64,000 bases of DNA from Eledone cirrhosa (GCA_964016885.1 OZ024744.1:20894001-20958000), one strand, 5' to 3'. Counted from the stretch's first letter, positions 1 to 13,400 are shown. Made by a program: numbers and translations. Notes: generated by a model from the letters alone, not told the origin.

Positions 1-1440
1 ACAGTCGAATCTTAAAATAAAACTCGTTTTAACAATAGTTGAATCTCAAGAACTGACTCGTTTTAGCAACAGTTGAATCTTAATAACTGACTCGTTTTAA
101 CAACAGTTGAATGTTAAGATAAAACTCGTTTAAGAATAGTTGAATCTTAAGAACTGACTCGTTTTAACAACAGTTGAATCTTAAGATAAAACTCGTTTTA
201 ACAACTGTTGAATCTTAAGAACTGACTCGTTTTAACAACAGTTGAATCTTCAAATAAAACTCGTTTTAACAACAGTTGAATCTTAAGAACTGACTCGTTT
301 TAACAACAGTTGAATGTTAAGATAAAACTCGTTTTAAAAATAGTTGAATCTTAAGAACTGACTCGTTTTAACAACAGTTGAATCTTAAGATAAAACTCGT
401 TTTAACAACAGTTGAATCTTAAGAACTGACTCATTTTAACAACAGTTGAATATTATGAACTCACTCATTTTAACAACACTTGAATCTTAAGATAACATTC
501 GTTTTAACAACAGTTGAATCTTAAGAACTGATTCGTTTTAACAACAGTTGAATCTTAAGATAAAACTCGTTTTAACAACAGTTGAATCTTAAGAACGGAC
601 TCGTTTTAACAACAGCTGAATCTTAAGATAAAACTCGTTTTAACAACAGTTGAATCTTAAGAACTGATTCGTTTTAACAACAGTTCAAACTTAAGAACTG
701 ATTCGTTTTAACAACAGTTGAATCTTATGAACTGACTCATTTTAACAACAGTTGAATCTTAAGATAACATTCGTTTTAACAACAGTTGAATCTTAAGAAC
801 TGACTCGTTTTAACAACAGTTGAATCTTAAGATAAAACTCGTTTTAACAACAGTTGATTCTTAAGAACTGACTCGTTTTAACAACAGCTGAATCTTAAGA
901 TAAAACTCGTTTTAACAACAGTTGAATCTTATGAACTGACTCATTTTAACAACAGTTGAATCTTAAGAACTGATTCGTTTTAACAACAGTTGAATCTTAA
1001 GATAAAACTCGTTTTAACAACAGTTGAATCTTAAGAACTGACTCGTTTTAACGACAGCTGAATCTTAAGATAAAACTCGTTTTAACAACAGTTGGATCTT
1101 AAGAACTGACTCGTTTTAACAACAGTTGAATCTTACGATAAAACTCGTTTTAACAACAGTTGAATCTTATGAACTAACTCATTTTAACAACAGTTGAATC
1201 TTAAGTTAAGACTCGTTTTAACAACAGTTGAATCTTAAGAACTGACTCGTTTTAACAACAGTTGAATCTTAAGACAAAACCCGTTTTAACAACAGTTGAA
1301 TCTTAAGAACTGTCTCGTTTTAACAACAGTTGAATCTTAAGATAAACCTCGTTTTAACAACAGTTTAATCTTAAGAACTGACTCGTTTTAACAACAGTTG
1401 AATCTTAAGACAAAACTCGTTTTAACAACAGTTGAATCTT

Positions 1441-1640
1441 AAGAACTGACTTGTTCTAACAACAGTTCAGCCTTAAGAACTGACTCGTTTTAAAACAGTT
1501 GAATCGTTAGAACTGACTCGTTTTAACAACAGTTGAATCTTAAAATAAAACTCGTTTTAACAATAGTTGAATCTCAAGAACTGACTCGTTTTAGCAACAG
1601 TTGAATCTTAAGATAACACTCGTTTTCATAACAGTTGAAT
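1441..1640. repeat. Example of the recurrent landmark cassette (ordered run of divergent monomers) marking the ~1.5 kb HOR unit
   Basis: Fixed order GACTTGTTCT > CAGTTCAGCC > 33-bp AAAACAGTTGAATCGTTAG > CTTAAAATAAAA > CAATAGTTGAATCTCAAG > TTTTAGCAAC. About 42 occurrences of the 33-mer from 1492 to 62701. Confidence 0.9.
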
Positions 1641-3884
1641 CTTAAGAACTGTCTCGTTTTAACAACAGTTGAATTTTAAGATAAACCTCGTTTTGACAAC
1701 AGTTGAATCTTAAGAACTGACTCGTTTTAACAACAGTTAAATCTTAATAACTGACTCGTTTTAACAACAGTTGAATGTTAAGATAAAACTCGTTTTAACA
1801 ATAGTTGCATCTTAAGAACTGACTCGTTTTAACAACAGTTGAATCTTAAGATAAAACTCGTTTTAACAACTGTTGAATCTTAAGAACTGACTCGTTTTAA
1901 CAACAGCTGAATCTTAAGATAAAACTCGTTTTAACAACAGTTGAATCTTAAGAACTGACTCGTTTTAACAACAGTTGAATCTTCAAATAAAACTCGTTTT
2001 AACAACAGTTGAATCTTAAGAACTGACTCGTTTTAACAACAGTTGAATGTTAAGATAAAACTCGTTTTAACAATAGTGGAATCTTAAGAACTGACTCGTT
2101 TTAACAACAGTTGAATCTTAAGATAAAACTCGTTTTAACAACAGTTGAATCTTAAGAACTGACTCGTTTTAACAACAGCTGAATCTTAAGATAAAACTCG
2201 TTTTAACAACAGTTCAAACTTAAGAAATGACTCGTTTTAACAAAAGTTGAATCTTATGAACTCACTCATTTTAACAACAGTTGAATCTTAAGATAACATT
2301 CGTTTTAACAACAGTTGAATCTTAAGATAAAACTCGTTTTAACAACACGTGAATCTTAAGAACGGACTCGTTTTAACAACACCTGAATCTTAAGATAAAA
2401 CTCGTTTTAACAACAGTTGAATCTTAAGAACTGATTCGTTTTAACAACAGTTCAAACTTAAGAACTGACTCGTTTTAACAACAGTTGAATCTTATGAACT
2501 GACTCATTTTAACAACAGTTGAATCTTAAGATAACATTCGTTTTAACAACAGTTGAATCTTAAGAACTGACTCGTTTTAACAACAGTTGAATCTTAAAGA
2601 TAAAACTCGTTTCGACAACAGTTGAATCTTAAGATAAAACTCGTTTTAACAACAGTTGAATCTTAAGAACTGACTCGTTTTAACGACAGCTGAATCTTAA
2701 GATAAAACTCGTTTTAACAACAGTTCAAACTTAAGAAATGACTCGTTTTAACAACAGTTGAATCTTATGAACTGACTCATTTTAACAACAGTTGAATCTT
2801 AAGAACTGATTCGTTTTAACAACAGCTGAATCTTAAGATAAAACTCGTTTTAACAACAGTTGAATCTTAAGAACTGACTCGTTTTAACAACAGCTGAATC
2901 TTAAGATAAAACTCGTTTTAACAACAGTTGAATCTTAAGAACTGACTCGTTTTAACAACAGCTGAATCTTAAGATAAAACTCGTTTTAACAACAGTTGAA
3001 TCTTAAGATAAAACTCGTTTTAACAACAGTTGAATCTTAAGAACTGACTCTTTTTAACAACAGTTGAATCTTAAGATAAAACTCGTTTTAACAACAGTTG
3101 AATCTTATGAGCTAACTCATTTTAACAACAGTTGAATCTTAAGTTAAGACTCGTTTTAACAACAGTTGAATCTTAAGAACTGACTCGTTTTAACAACAGC
3201 TGAATCTTAAGATAAAACTCGTTTTAACAACAGTTCAATCTTAAGAACTGACTCGTTTTAACAACAGCTGAATCTTAAGATAAAACTCGTTTTAACAACA
3301 GTTGAATCTTAAGTTAAGACTCGTTTTAACAACAGTTGAATCTTAAGAACTGACTCGTTTTAACGACAGCTGAATCTTAAGACAAAACCCGTTTTAACAA
3401 CAGTTGAATCTTAAGAACTGTCTCGTTTTAACAACAGTTGAATCTTAAGATAAACCTCGTTTTAACAACAGTTTAATCTTAAGAACTGACTCGTTTTAAC
3501 AACAGTTGAATCTTAAGACAAAACTCGTTTTAACAACAGTTGAATCTTAAGAACTGACTTGTTCTAACAACAGTTCAGCCTTAAGAACTGACTCGTTTTA
3601 AAACAGTTGAATCGTTAGAACTGACTCGTTTTAACAACAGTTGAATCTTAAAACAAAACTCGTTTTAACAATAGTTGAATCTCAAGAACTGACTCGTTTT
3701 AGCAACAGTTGAATCTTAAGATAACACTCGTTTTCATAACAGTTGAATCTTAAGAACTGTCTCGTTTTAACAACAGTTGAATTTTAAGATAAACCTCGTT
3801 TTAACAACAGCTGAATCTTAAGATAAAACTCGTTTTAACAACAGTTCAAACTTAAGAAATGACTCGTTTTAACAAAAGTTGAAT

Positions 3885-6800
3885 CTTATGAACTCACTCA
3901 TTTTAACAACAGTTGAATCTTAAGATAACATTCGTTTTAAAAACAGTTGAATCTTAAGAACTGATTCGTTTTAACAACAGTTGAATCTTAAGATAAAACT
4001 CGTTTTAACAACAGTTGAATCTTAAGAACGGACTCGTTTTAACAACACCTGAATCTTAAGATAAAACTCGTTTTAACAACAGTTGAATCTTAAGAACTGA
4101 TTCGTTTTAACAACAGTTCAAACTTAAGAACTGACTCGTTTTAACAACAGTTGAATCTTATGAACTGACTCATTTTAACAACAGTTGAATCTTAAGATAA
4201 CATTCGTTTTAACAACAGTTGAATCTTAAGAACTGACTCGTTTTAACAACAGTTGAATCTTAAAGATAAAACTCGTTTCGACAACAGTTGAATCTTAAAG
4301 AACTGACTCGTTTTAACAACAGCTGAATCTTAAGATAAAACTCGTTTTAACAACAGTTGAATCTTAAGATAAAACTCGTTTTAACAACAGTTGAATCTTA
4401 AGAACTGACTCGTTTTAACGACAGCTGAATCTTAAGATAAAACTCGTTTTAACAACAGTTCAAACTTAAGAAATGACTCGTTTTAACAACAGTTGAATCT
4501 TATGAACTGACTCATTTTAACAACAGTTGAATCTTAAGAACTGATTCGTTTTAACAACAGTTGAATCTTAAGATAAAACTCGTTTTAACAACAGTTGAAT
4601 CTTAAGAACTTACTCGTTTTAACAACAGTTGAATCTTAAGATAAAACTCGTTTTAACAACAGTTGAATCTTAAGAACTGACTCGTTTTAACAACAGCTGA
4701 ATCTTAAGATAAAACTCGTTTTAACAACAGTTGAATCTTAAGATAAAACTCGTTTTAACAACAGTTGAATCTTAAGAACTGACTCGTTTTAACAACAGTT
4801 GAATCTTAAGATAAAACTTGTTTTAACAACAGTTGAATCTTATGAGCTAACTCATTTTAACAACAGTTGAATCTTAAGTTAAGACTCGTTTTAACAACAG
4901 TTGAATCTTAAGAACTGACTCGTTTTAACAACAGCTGAATCTTAAGATAAAACTCGTTTTAACAACAGTTGAATCTTAAGAACTGACTCGTTTTAACAAC
5001 AGCTGAATCTTAAGATAAAACTCGTTTTAACAACAGTTGAATCTTAAGATAAAACTCGTTTTAACAACAGTTGAATCTTAAGTACTGACTTGTTTTAACA
5101 ACAGTTGAATCTTAAGATAAAACTCGTTTTAACAACAGTTGAATCTTATGAACTAACTCATTTTAACAACAGTTGAATCTTAAGAACTGACTCCTTTTAA
5201 CAACAGTTGAATCTTAAGACAAAACTCGTTTTAACAACAGTTGAATCTTAAGAACTGACTTGTTCTAACAACAGTTCAGTCTCAAGAATTGACTCGTTTT
5301 AAAACAGTTGAATCGTTTGATCTGACTCGTTTTAACAACAGTTGAATCTTAAAATAAAACTCGTATTAACAATAGTTGAATGTCAAGAAATGACTCGTTT
5401 TAGCAACAGTTGAATCTTAATAACTGACTCGTTTTAACAACAGTTGAATGTTAAGATAAAACTCGTTTTAACAATAGTTGAATCTTAAGAACTGACTCGT
5501 TTTAACAACAGTTGAATCTTAAGATAAAACTCGTTTTAACAACAGTTGAATCTTAAGAAATGACTCGTTTTAACAACAGCTGAATCTTAAGATAAAACTC
5601 GTTTTAACAACAGTTCAAACTTAAGAAATGACTCGTTTTAACAAAAGTTGAATATTATGAACTCACTCATTTTAACAACAGTTGAATCTTAAGATAACAT
5701 TCGTTTTAACAACAGTTGAATCTTAAGAACTGATTCGTTTTAACAACAGTTGAATATTAAGATAAAACTCGTTTTAACAACAGTTGAATCTTAAGAACGG
5801 ACTCGTTTTAACAACACCTGAATCTTAAGATAAAACTCGTTTTAACAACAGTTGAATCTTAAGAACTGATTCGTTTTAACAACAGTTCAAACTTAAGAAC
5901 TGACTCGTTTTAACAACAGTTGAATCTTATGAACTGACTCATTTTAACAACAGTTGAATCTTAAGATAACATTCGTTTTAACAACAGTTGAATCTTAAGA
6001 ACTGACTCGTTTTAACAACAGTTGAATCTTAAAGATAAAACTCGTTTCGACAACAGTTGAATCTTAAAGAACTGACTCGTTTTAACAACAGCTGAATCTT
6101 AAGATAAAACTCGTTTTAACAACAGTTGAATCTTAAGATAAAACTCGTTTTAACAACAGTTGAATCTTAAGAACTGACTCGTTTTAACGACAGCTGAATC
6201 TTAAGATAAAACTCGTTTTAACAACAGTTCAAACTTAAGAAATGACTCGTTTTAACAACAGTTGAATCTTATGAACTGACTCATTTTAACAACAGTTGAA
6301 TCTTAAGAACTGATTCGTTTTAACAACAGTTGAATCTTAAGATAAAACTCGTTTTAACAACAGTTGAATCTTAAGAACTTACTCGTTTTAACAACAGTTG
6401 AATCTTAAGATAAAACTCGTTTTAACAACAGTTGAATCTTAAGAACTGACTCGTTTTAACAACAGCTGAATCTTAAGATAAAACTCGTTTTAACAACAGT
6501 TGAATCTTAAGATAAAACTCGTTTTAACAACAGTTGAATCTTAAGAACTGACTCGTTTTAACAACAGTTGAATCTTAAGATAAAACTCGTTTTAACAACA
6601 GTTGAATCTTATGAGCTAACTCATTTTAACAACAGTTGAATCTTAAGTTAAGACTCGTTTTAACAACAGTTGAATCTTAAGAACTGACTCGTTTTAACAA
6701 CAGCTGAATCTTAAGATAAAACTCGTTTTAACAACAGTTGAATCTTAAGAACTGACTCGTTTTAACAACAGCTGAAACTTAAGATAAAACTCGTTTTAAC

Positions 6801-7450
6801 AACAGTTGAATCTTAAGATAAAACTCGTTTTAATAACAGTTGAATCTTAAGTACTGACTTGTTTTAACAACAGTTGAATCTTAAGATAAAACTCGTTTTA
6901 ACAACAGTTGAATCTTAAGATAAAACTCGTTTTAACAACAGTTGAATCTTATGAACTAACTCATTTTAACAACAGTTGAATCTTAAGTTAAGACTCGTTT
7001 TAACAACAGTTGAATCTTAAGAACTGACTCCTTTTAACAACAGTTGAATCTTAAGACAAAACTCGTTTTAACAACAGTTGAATCTTAAGAACTGACTTGT
7101 TCTAACAACAGTTCAATCTCAAGAATTGACTCGTTTTAAAACAGTTGAATCGGTTGATCTGACTTGTTTTAACAACAGTTGAATCTTAAAATAAAACTCG
7201 TATTAACAATAGTTGAATGTCAAGAAATGACTCGTTTTAGCAACAGTTGAATCTTAATAACTGACTCGTTTTAACAACAGTTGAATCTTAAGAACTGACT
7301 CGTTTTAACAACAGTTGAATCTTAAGATAAAACTCGTTTTAACAACAGTTGAATCTTAAGAAATGACTCGTTTTAACAACAGCTGAATCTTAAGATAAAA
7401 CTCGTTTTAACAACAGTTCAAACTTAAGAAATGACTCGTTTTAACAAAAG
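3885..7450. repeat. Diverged tandem duplication, period 1,769 bp (52 monomers +1 bp); ends approximate
   Basis: CTCGTTTCGA...CTTAAAGAACTG at 4272/6041 and the rare GAACTTACTC variant at 4611/6380 share offset 1769. Monomer indels shift the register after ~5150/6900. Repeated at +25118. Confidence 0.8.
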
Positions 7451-10400
7451 TTGAATATTATGAACTCACTCATTTTAACAACAGTTGAATCTTAAGATAA
7501 CATTCGTTTTAACAACAGTTGAATCTTAAGAACTGATTCGTTTTAACAACAGTTGAATCTTAAGATAAAACTCGTTTTAACAACAGTTGAATCTTAAGAA
7601 CGGACTCGTTTTAACAACAGCTGAATCTTAAGATAAAACTCGTTTTAACAACAGCTGAATCTTAAGATAAAACTCGTTTTAACAACAGTTGAATCTTAAG
7701 ATAAAACTCGTTTTAACAACAGTTGAATCTTAAGAACTGACTCGTTTTAACAACAGCTGAATCTTAAGATAAAACTCGTTTTAACAACAGTTGAATCTTA
7801 AGAACTGACTCGTTTTAACAACAGGTGAATCTTAAGATAAAACTCGTTTTAACAACAGCTGAATCTTAAGATAAAACTCGTTTTAACAACAGTTGAATCT
7901 TAAGATAAAACTCGTTTTAACAACAGTTGAATCTTAAGTACTGACTTGTTTTAACAACAGTTGAATCTTAAGACAAAACTCGTTTTAACAACAGTTGAAT
8001 CTTATGAGCTAACTCATTTTAACAACAGTTGAATCTTAAGTTAAGACTCGTTTTAACAACAGTTGAATCTTAAGAACTGACTCGTTTTAACAACAGCTGA
8101 ATCTTAAGATAAAACTTGTTTTAACAACAGTTGAATCTTAAAGATAAAACTCGCTTTAACAACAGTTGAATCTTAAGAACTGACTCGTTTTAACAACAGT
8201 TGAATCTTAAGACAAAACCCGTTTTAACAACAGTTGAATCTTAAGAACTGTCTCGTTTTAACAACAGTTGAATCCTAAGATAAACCTCGTTTTAACAACA
8301 GATTAATCTTAAGAACTGACTCGTTCTAAAAACAGTTGAATCTTAAGACAAAACTCGTTTTAACAACAGTTGAATCTTAAGAACTGACTTGTTCTAACAA
8401 CAGTTCAGCCTCAAGAACTGACTCGTTTTAAAACAGTTGAATCGTTAGATCTGACTCGTTTTAACAACAGTTGAATCTTAAAATAAAACTCGTTTTAACA
8501 ATAGTTGAATCTCAAGAACTGACTCGTTTTAGCAACAGTTGAATCTTAATAACTGACTCGTTTTAACAACAGTTGAATGTTAAGATAAAACTCGTTTAAG
8601 AATAGTTGAATCTTAAGAACTGACTCGTTTTAACAACAGTTGAATCTTAAGATAAAACTCGTTTTAACAACTGTTGAATCTTAAGAACTGACTCGTTTTA
8701 ACAACAGTTGAATCTTCAAATAAAACTCGTTTTAACAACAGTTGAATCTTAAGAACTGACTCGTTTTAACAACAGTTGAATGTTAAGATAAAACTCGTTT
8801 AAAAAATAGTTGAATCTTAAGAACTGACTCGTTTTAACAACAGTTGAATCTTAAGATAAAACTCGTTTTAACAACAGTTGAATCTTAAGAACTGACTCAT
8901 TTTAACAACAGTTGAATATTATGAACTCACTCATTTTAACAACACTTGAATCTTAAGATAACATTCGTTTTAACAACAGTTGAATCTTAAGAACTGATTC
9001 GTTTTAACAACAGTTGAATCTTAAGATAAAACTCGTTTTAACAACAGTTGAATCTTAAGAACGGACTCGTTTTAACAACAGCTGAATCTTAAGATAAAAC
9101 TCGTTTTAACAACAGTTGTATCTTATGAACTGACTCATTTTAACAACAGTTGAATCTTAAGAACTGATTCGTTTTAACAACAGTTGAATCTTAAGATAAA
9201 ACTCGTTTTAACAACAGTTGAATCTTAAGAACTGATTCGTTTTAACAACAGTTCAAACTTAAGAACTGATTCGTTTTAACAACAGTTGAATCTTATGAAC
9301 TGACTCATTTTAACAACAGTTGAATCTTAAGATAACATTCGTTTTAACAACAGTTGAATCTTAAGAACTGACTCGTTTTAACAACAGCTGAATCTTAAGA
9401 TAAAACTCGTTTTAACAACAGTTGTATCTTATGAACTGACTCATTTTAACAACAGTTGAATCTGAAGAACTGATTCGTTTTAACAACAGTTGAATCTTAA
9501 GATAAAACTCGTTTTAACAACAGTTGAATCTTAAGAACTGACTCGTTTTAACAACAGCTGAATCTTAAGATAAAACTCGTTTTAACAACAGTTGAATCTT
9601 AAGAACTGACTCGTTTTAACGACAGCTGAATCTTAAGATAAAACTCGTTTTAACAACAGTTGGATCTTAAGAACTGACTCGTTTTAACAACAGTTGAATC
9701 TTACGATAAAACTCGTTTTAACAACAGTTGAATCTTATGAACTAACTCATTTTAACAACAGTTGAATCTTAAGTTAAGACTCGTTTTAACAACAGTTTAA
9801 TCTTAAGAACTGACTCGTTTTAACAACAGTTGAATCTTAAGACAAAACTCGTTTTAACAACAGTTGAATCTTAAGAACTGACTTGTTCTAACAACAGTTC
9901 AGCCTTAAGAACTGACTCGTTTTAAAACAGTTGAATCGTTAGAATCGACTCGTTTTAACAACAGTTGAATCTTAAAATAAAACTCGTTTTAACAATAGTT
10001 GAATCTCAAGAACTGACTCGTTTTAGCAACAGTTGAATCTTAAGATAACACTCGTTTTCATAACAGTTGAATCTTAAGAACTGTCTCGTTTTAACAACAG
10101 TTGAATTTTAAGATAAACCTCGTTTTGACAACAGGTGAATCTTAAGAACTGACTCGTTTTAACAACAGTTAAATCTTAATAACTGACTCGTTTTAACAAC
10201 AGTTGAATGTTAAGATAAAACTCGTTTTAACACTAGTTGAATCTTAAGAACTGACTCGTTTTAACAACAGTTGAATCTTAAGATAAAACTCGTTTTAACA
10301 ACTGTTGAATCTTAAGAACTGACTCGTTTTAACAACAGCTGAATCTTAAGATAAAACTCGTTTTAACAACAGTTGAATCTTAAGAACTGACTCGTTTTAA

Positions 10401-13400
10401 CAACAGTTGAATGTTAAGATAAAACTCGTTTTAACAATAGTGGAATCTTAAGAACTGACTCGTTTTAACAACAGTTGAATCTTAAGATAAAGCTCGTTTT
10501 AACAACAGTTGAATCTTAAGAACTGACTCGTTTTAACAACAGCTGAATCTTAAGATAAAACTCGTTTTAACAACAGTTCAAACTTAAGAAATGACTCGTT
10601 TTAACAAAAGCTGAATCTTATGAACTCACTCATTTTAACAACAGTTGAATCTTAAGATAACATTCGTTTTAACAACGTTGAATCTTAAGAACTGATTCGT
10701 TTTAACAACAGTTGAATCTTAAGATAAAACTCGTTTTAACAACACGTGAATCTTAAGAACGGACTCGTTTTAACAACACCTGAATGTTAAGATAAAACTC
10801 GTTTTAACAACAGTTGAATCTTAAGAACTGATTCGTTTTAACAACAGTTCAAACTTAAGAACTGACTCGTTTTAACAACAGTTGAATCTTATGAACTGAC
10901 TCATTTTAACAACAGTTGAATCTTAAGATAACATTCGTTTTAACAACAGTTGAATCTTAAGAACTGACTCGTTTTAACAACAGTTGAATCTTAAAGATAA
11001 AACTCGTTTCGACAACAGTTGAATCTTAAGAACTGACTCGTTTTAACAACAGCTGAATCTTAAGATGAAACTCGTTTTAACAACAGTTGAATCTTAAGAT
11101 AAAACTCGTTTTAACAACAGTTGAATCTTATGAGCTAACTCATTTTAACAACAGTTGAATCTTAAGTTAAGACTCGTTTTAACAACAGTTGAATCTTAAG
11201 AACTGACTCGTTTTAACAACAGCTGAATCTTAAGATAAAACTCGTTTTAACAACAGTTGAATCTTAAGAACTGACTCGTTTTAACAACAGCTGAATCTTA
11301 AGATAAAACTCGTTTTAACAACAGTTGAATCTTAAGTTAAGACTCGTTTTAACAACAGTTGAATCTTAAGAACTGACTCGTTTTAACGACAGCTGAATCT
11401 TAAGACAAAACCCGTTTTAACAACAGTTGAATCTTAAGAACTGTCTCGTTTTAACAACAGTTGAATCTTAAGATAAACCTCGTTTTAACAACAGTTTAAT
11501 CTTAAGAACTGACTCGTTTTAACAACAGTTGAATCTTAAGACAAAACTCGTTTTAACAACAGTTGAATGTTAAGAACTGACTTGTTCTAACAACAGTTCA
11601 GCCTTAAGAACTGACTCGTTTTAAAACAGTTGAATCGTTAGAACTGACTCGTTTTAACAACAGTTGAATCTTAAAATAAAACTCGTTTTAACAATAGTTG
11701 AATCTCAAGAACTGACTCGTTTTAGCAACAGTTGAATCTTAAGATAACACTCGTTTTCATAACAGTTGAATCTCAAGAACTGTCTCGTTTTAACAACAGT
11801 TGACTTTTAAGATAAACCTCGTTTTGACAACAGTTGAATCTTAAGAACTGACTCGTTTTAACAACAGTTAAATCTTAATAACTGACTCGTTTTAACAACA
11901 GTTGCATGTTAAGATAACACTCGTTTTAACAATAGTTGAATCTTAAGAACTGACTCGTTTTAACAACAGTTGAATCTTAAGATAAAACTCGTTTTAACAA
12001 CTGTTGAATCTTAAGAACTGACTTGTTTTAACAACAGCTGAATCTTAAGATAAAACTCGTTTTAACAACAGTTGAATCTTAAGAACTGACTCGTTTTAAC
12101 AACAGTTGAATCTTCAAATAAAACTCGTTTTAACAACAGTTGAGTCTTAAGAACTGACTCGTTTTAACAACAGTTGAATGTTAAGATAAAACGCGTTTTA
12201 ACAATAGTGGAATCCTAAGAACTGACTCGTTTTAACAACAGTTGAATCTTAAGATAAAACTCGTTTTAACAACAGTTGAATCTTATGAACTAACTCATTT
12301 TAACAACAGTTGAATCTTAAGTTAAGACTCGTTTTAACAACAGTTGAATCTTAAGAACTGACTCCTTTTAACAACAGTTGAATCTTAAGACAAAACTCGT
12401 TTTAACAACAGTTGAATCTTAAGAACTGACTTGTTCTAACAACAGTTCAGTCTCAAGAATTGACTCGTTTTAAAACAGTTGAATCGTTTGATCTGACTCG
12501 TTTTAACAACAGTTGAATCTTAAAATAAAACTCGTATTAACAATAGTTGAATGTCAAGAAATGACTCGTTTTAGCAACAGTTGAATCTTAATAACTGACT
12601 CGTTTTAACAACAGTTGAATGTTAAGATAAAACTCGTTTTAACAATAGTTGAATCTTAAGAACTGACTCGTTTTAACAACAGTTGAATCTTAAGATAAAA
12701 CTCGTTTTAACAACAGTTGAATCTTAAGAAATGACTCGTTTTAACAACAGCTGAATCTTAAGATAAAACTCGTTTTAACAACAGTTCAAACTTAAGAAAT
12801 GACTCGTTTTAACAAAAGTTGAATATTATGAACTCACTCATTTTAACAACAGTTGAATCTTAAGATAACATTCGTTTTAACAACAGTTGAATCTTAAGAA
12901 CTGATTCGTTTTAACAACAGTTGAATCTTAAGATAAAACTCGTTTTAACAACAGTTGAATCTTAAGAACGGACTCGTTTTAACAACACCTGAATCTTAAG
13001 ATAAAACTCGTTTTAACAACAGTTGAATCTTAAGAACTGATTCGTTTTAACAACAGTTCAAACTTAAGAACTGACTCGTTTTAACAACAGTTGAATCTTA
13101 TGAACTGACTCATTTTAACAACAGTTGAATCTTAAGATAACATTCGTTTTAACAACAGTTGAATCTTAAGAACTGACTCGTTTTAACAACAGTTGAATCT
13201 TAAAGATAAAACTCGTTTCGACAACAGTTGAATCTTAAAGAACTGACTCGTTTTAACAACAGCTGAATCTTAAGATAAAACTCGTTTTAACAACAGTTGA
13301 ATCTTAAGATAAAACTCGTTTTAACAACAGTTGAATCTTAAGAACTGACTCGTTTTAACGACAGCTGAATCTTAAGATAAAACTAGTTTTAACAACAGTT

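Noticed and set aside
493-506. Similarity to loxP/FRT-type recombination sites (34 bp, quasi-palindromic; ATAACATTCGTTTT resembles the loxP arm ATAACTTCGTATA)
   Set aside because: There is no 13-8-13 arm-spacer-arm layout, the resemblance is limited to a minority variant, and no recombinase gene is present. Likely AT-rich coincidence.
807-838. CRISPR-repeat-like appearance: GTTTTA...TAAAAC ends recall type II direct repeats, and the unit length is in CRISPR range
   Set aside because: There are no spacers. Units abut directly, the only variable slot is 4 nt with two main states, and no cas genes or leader are present.
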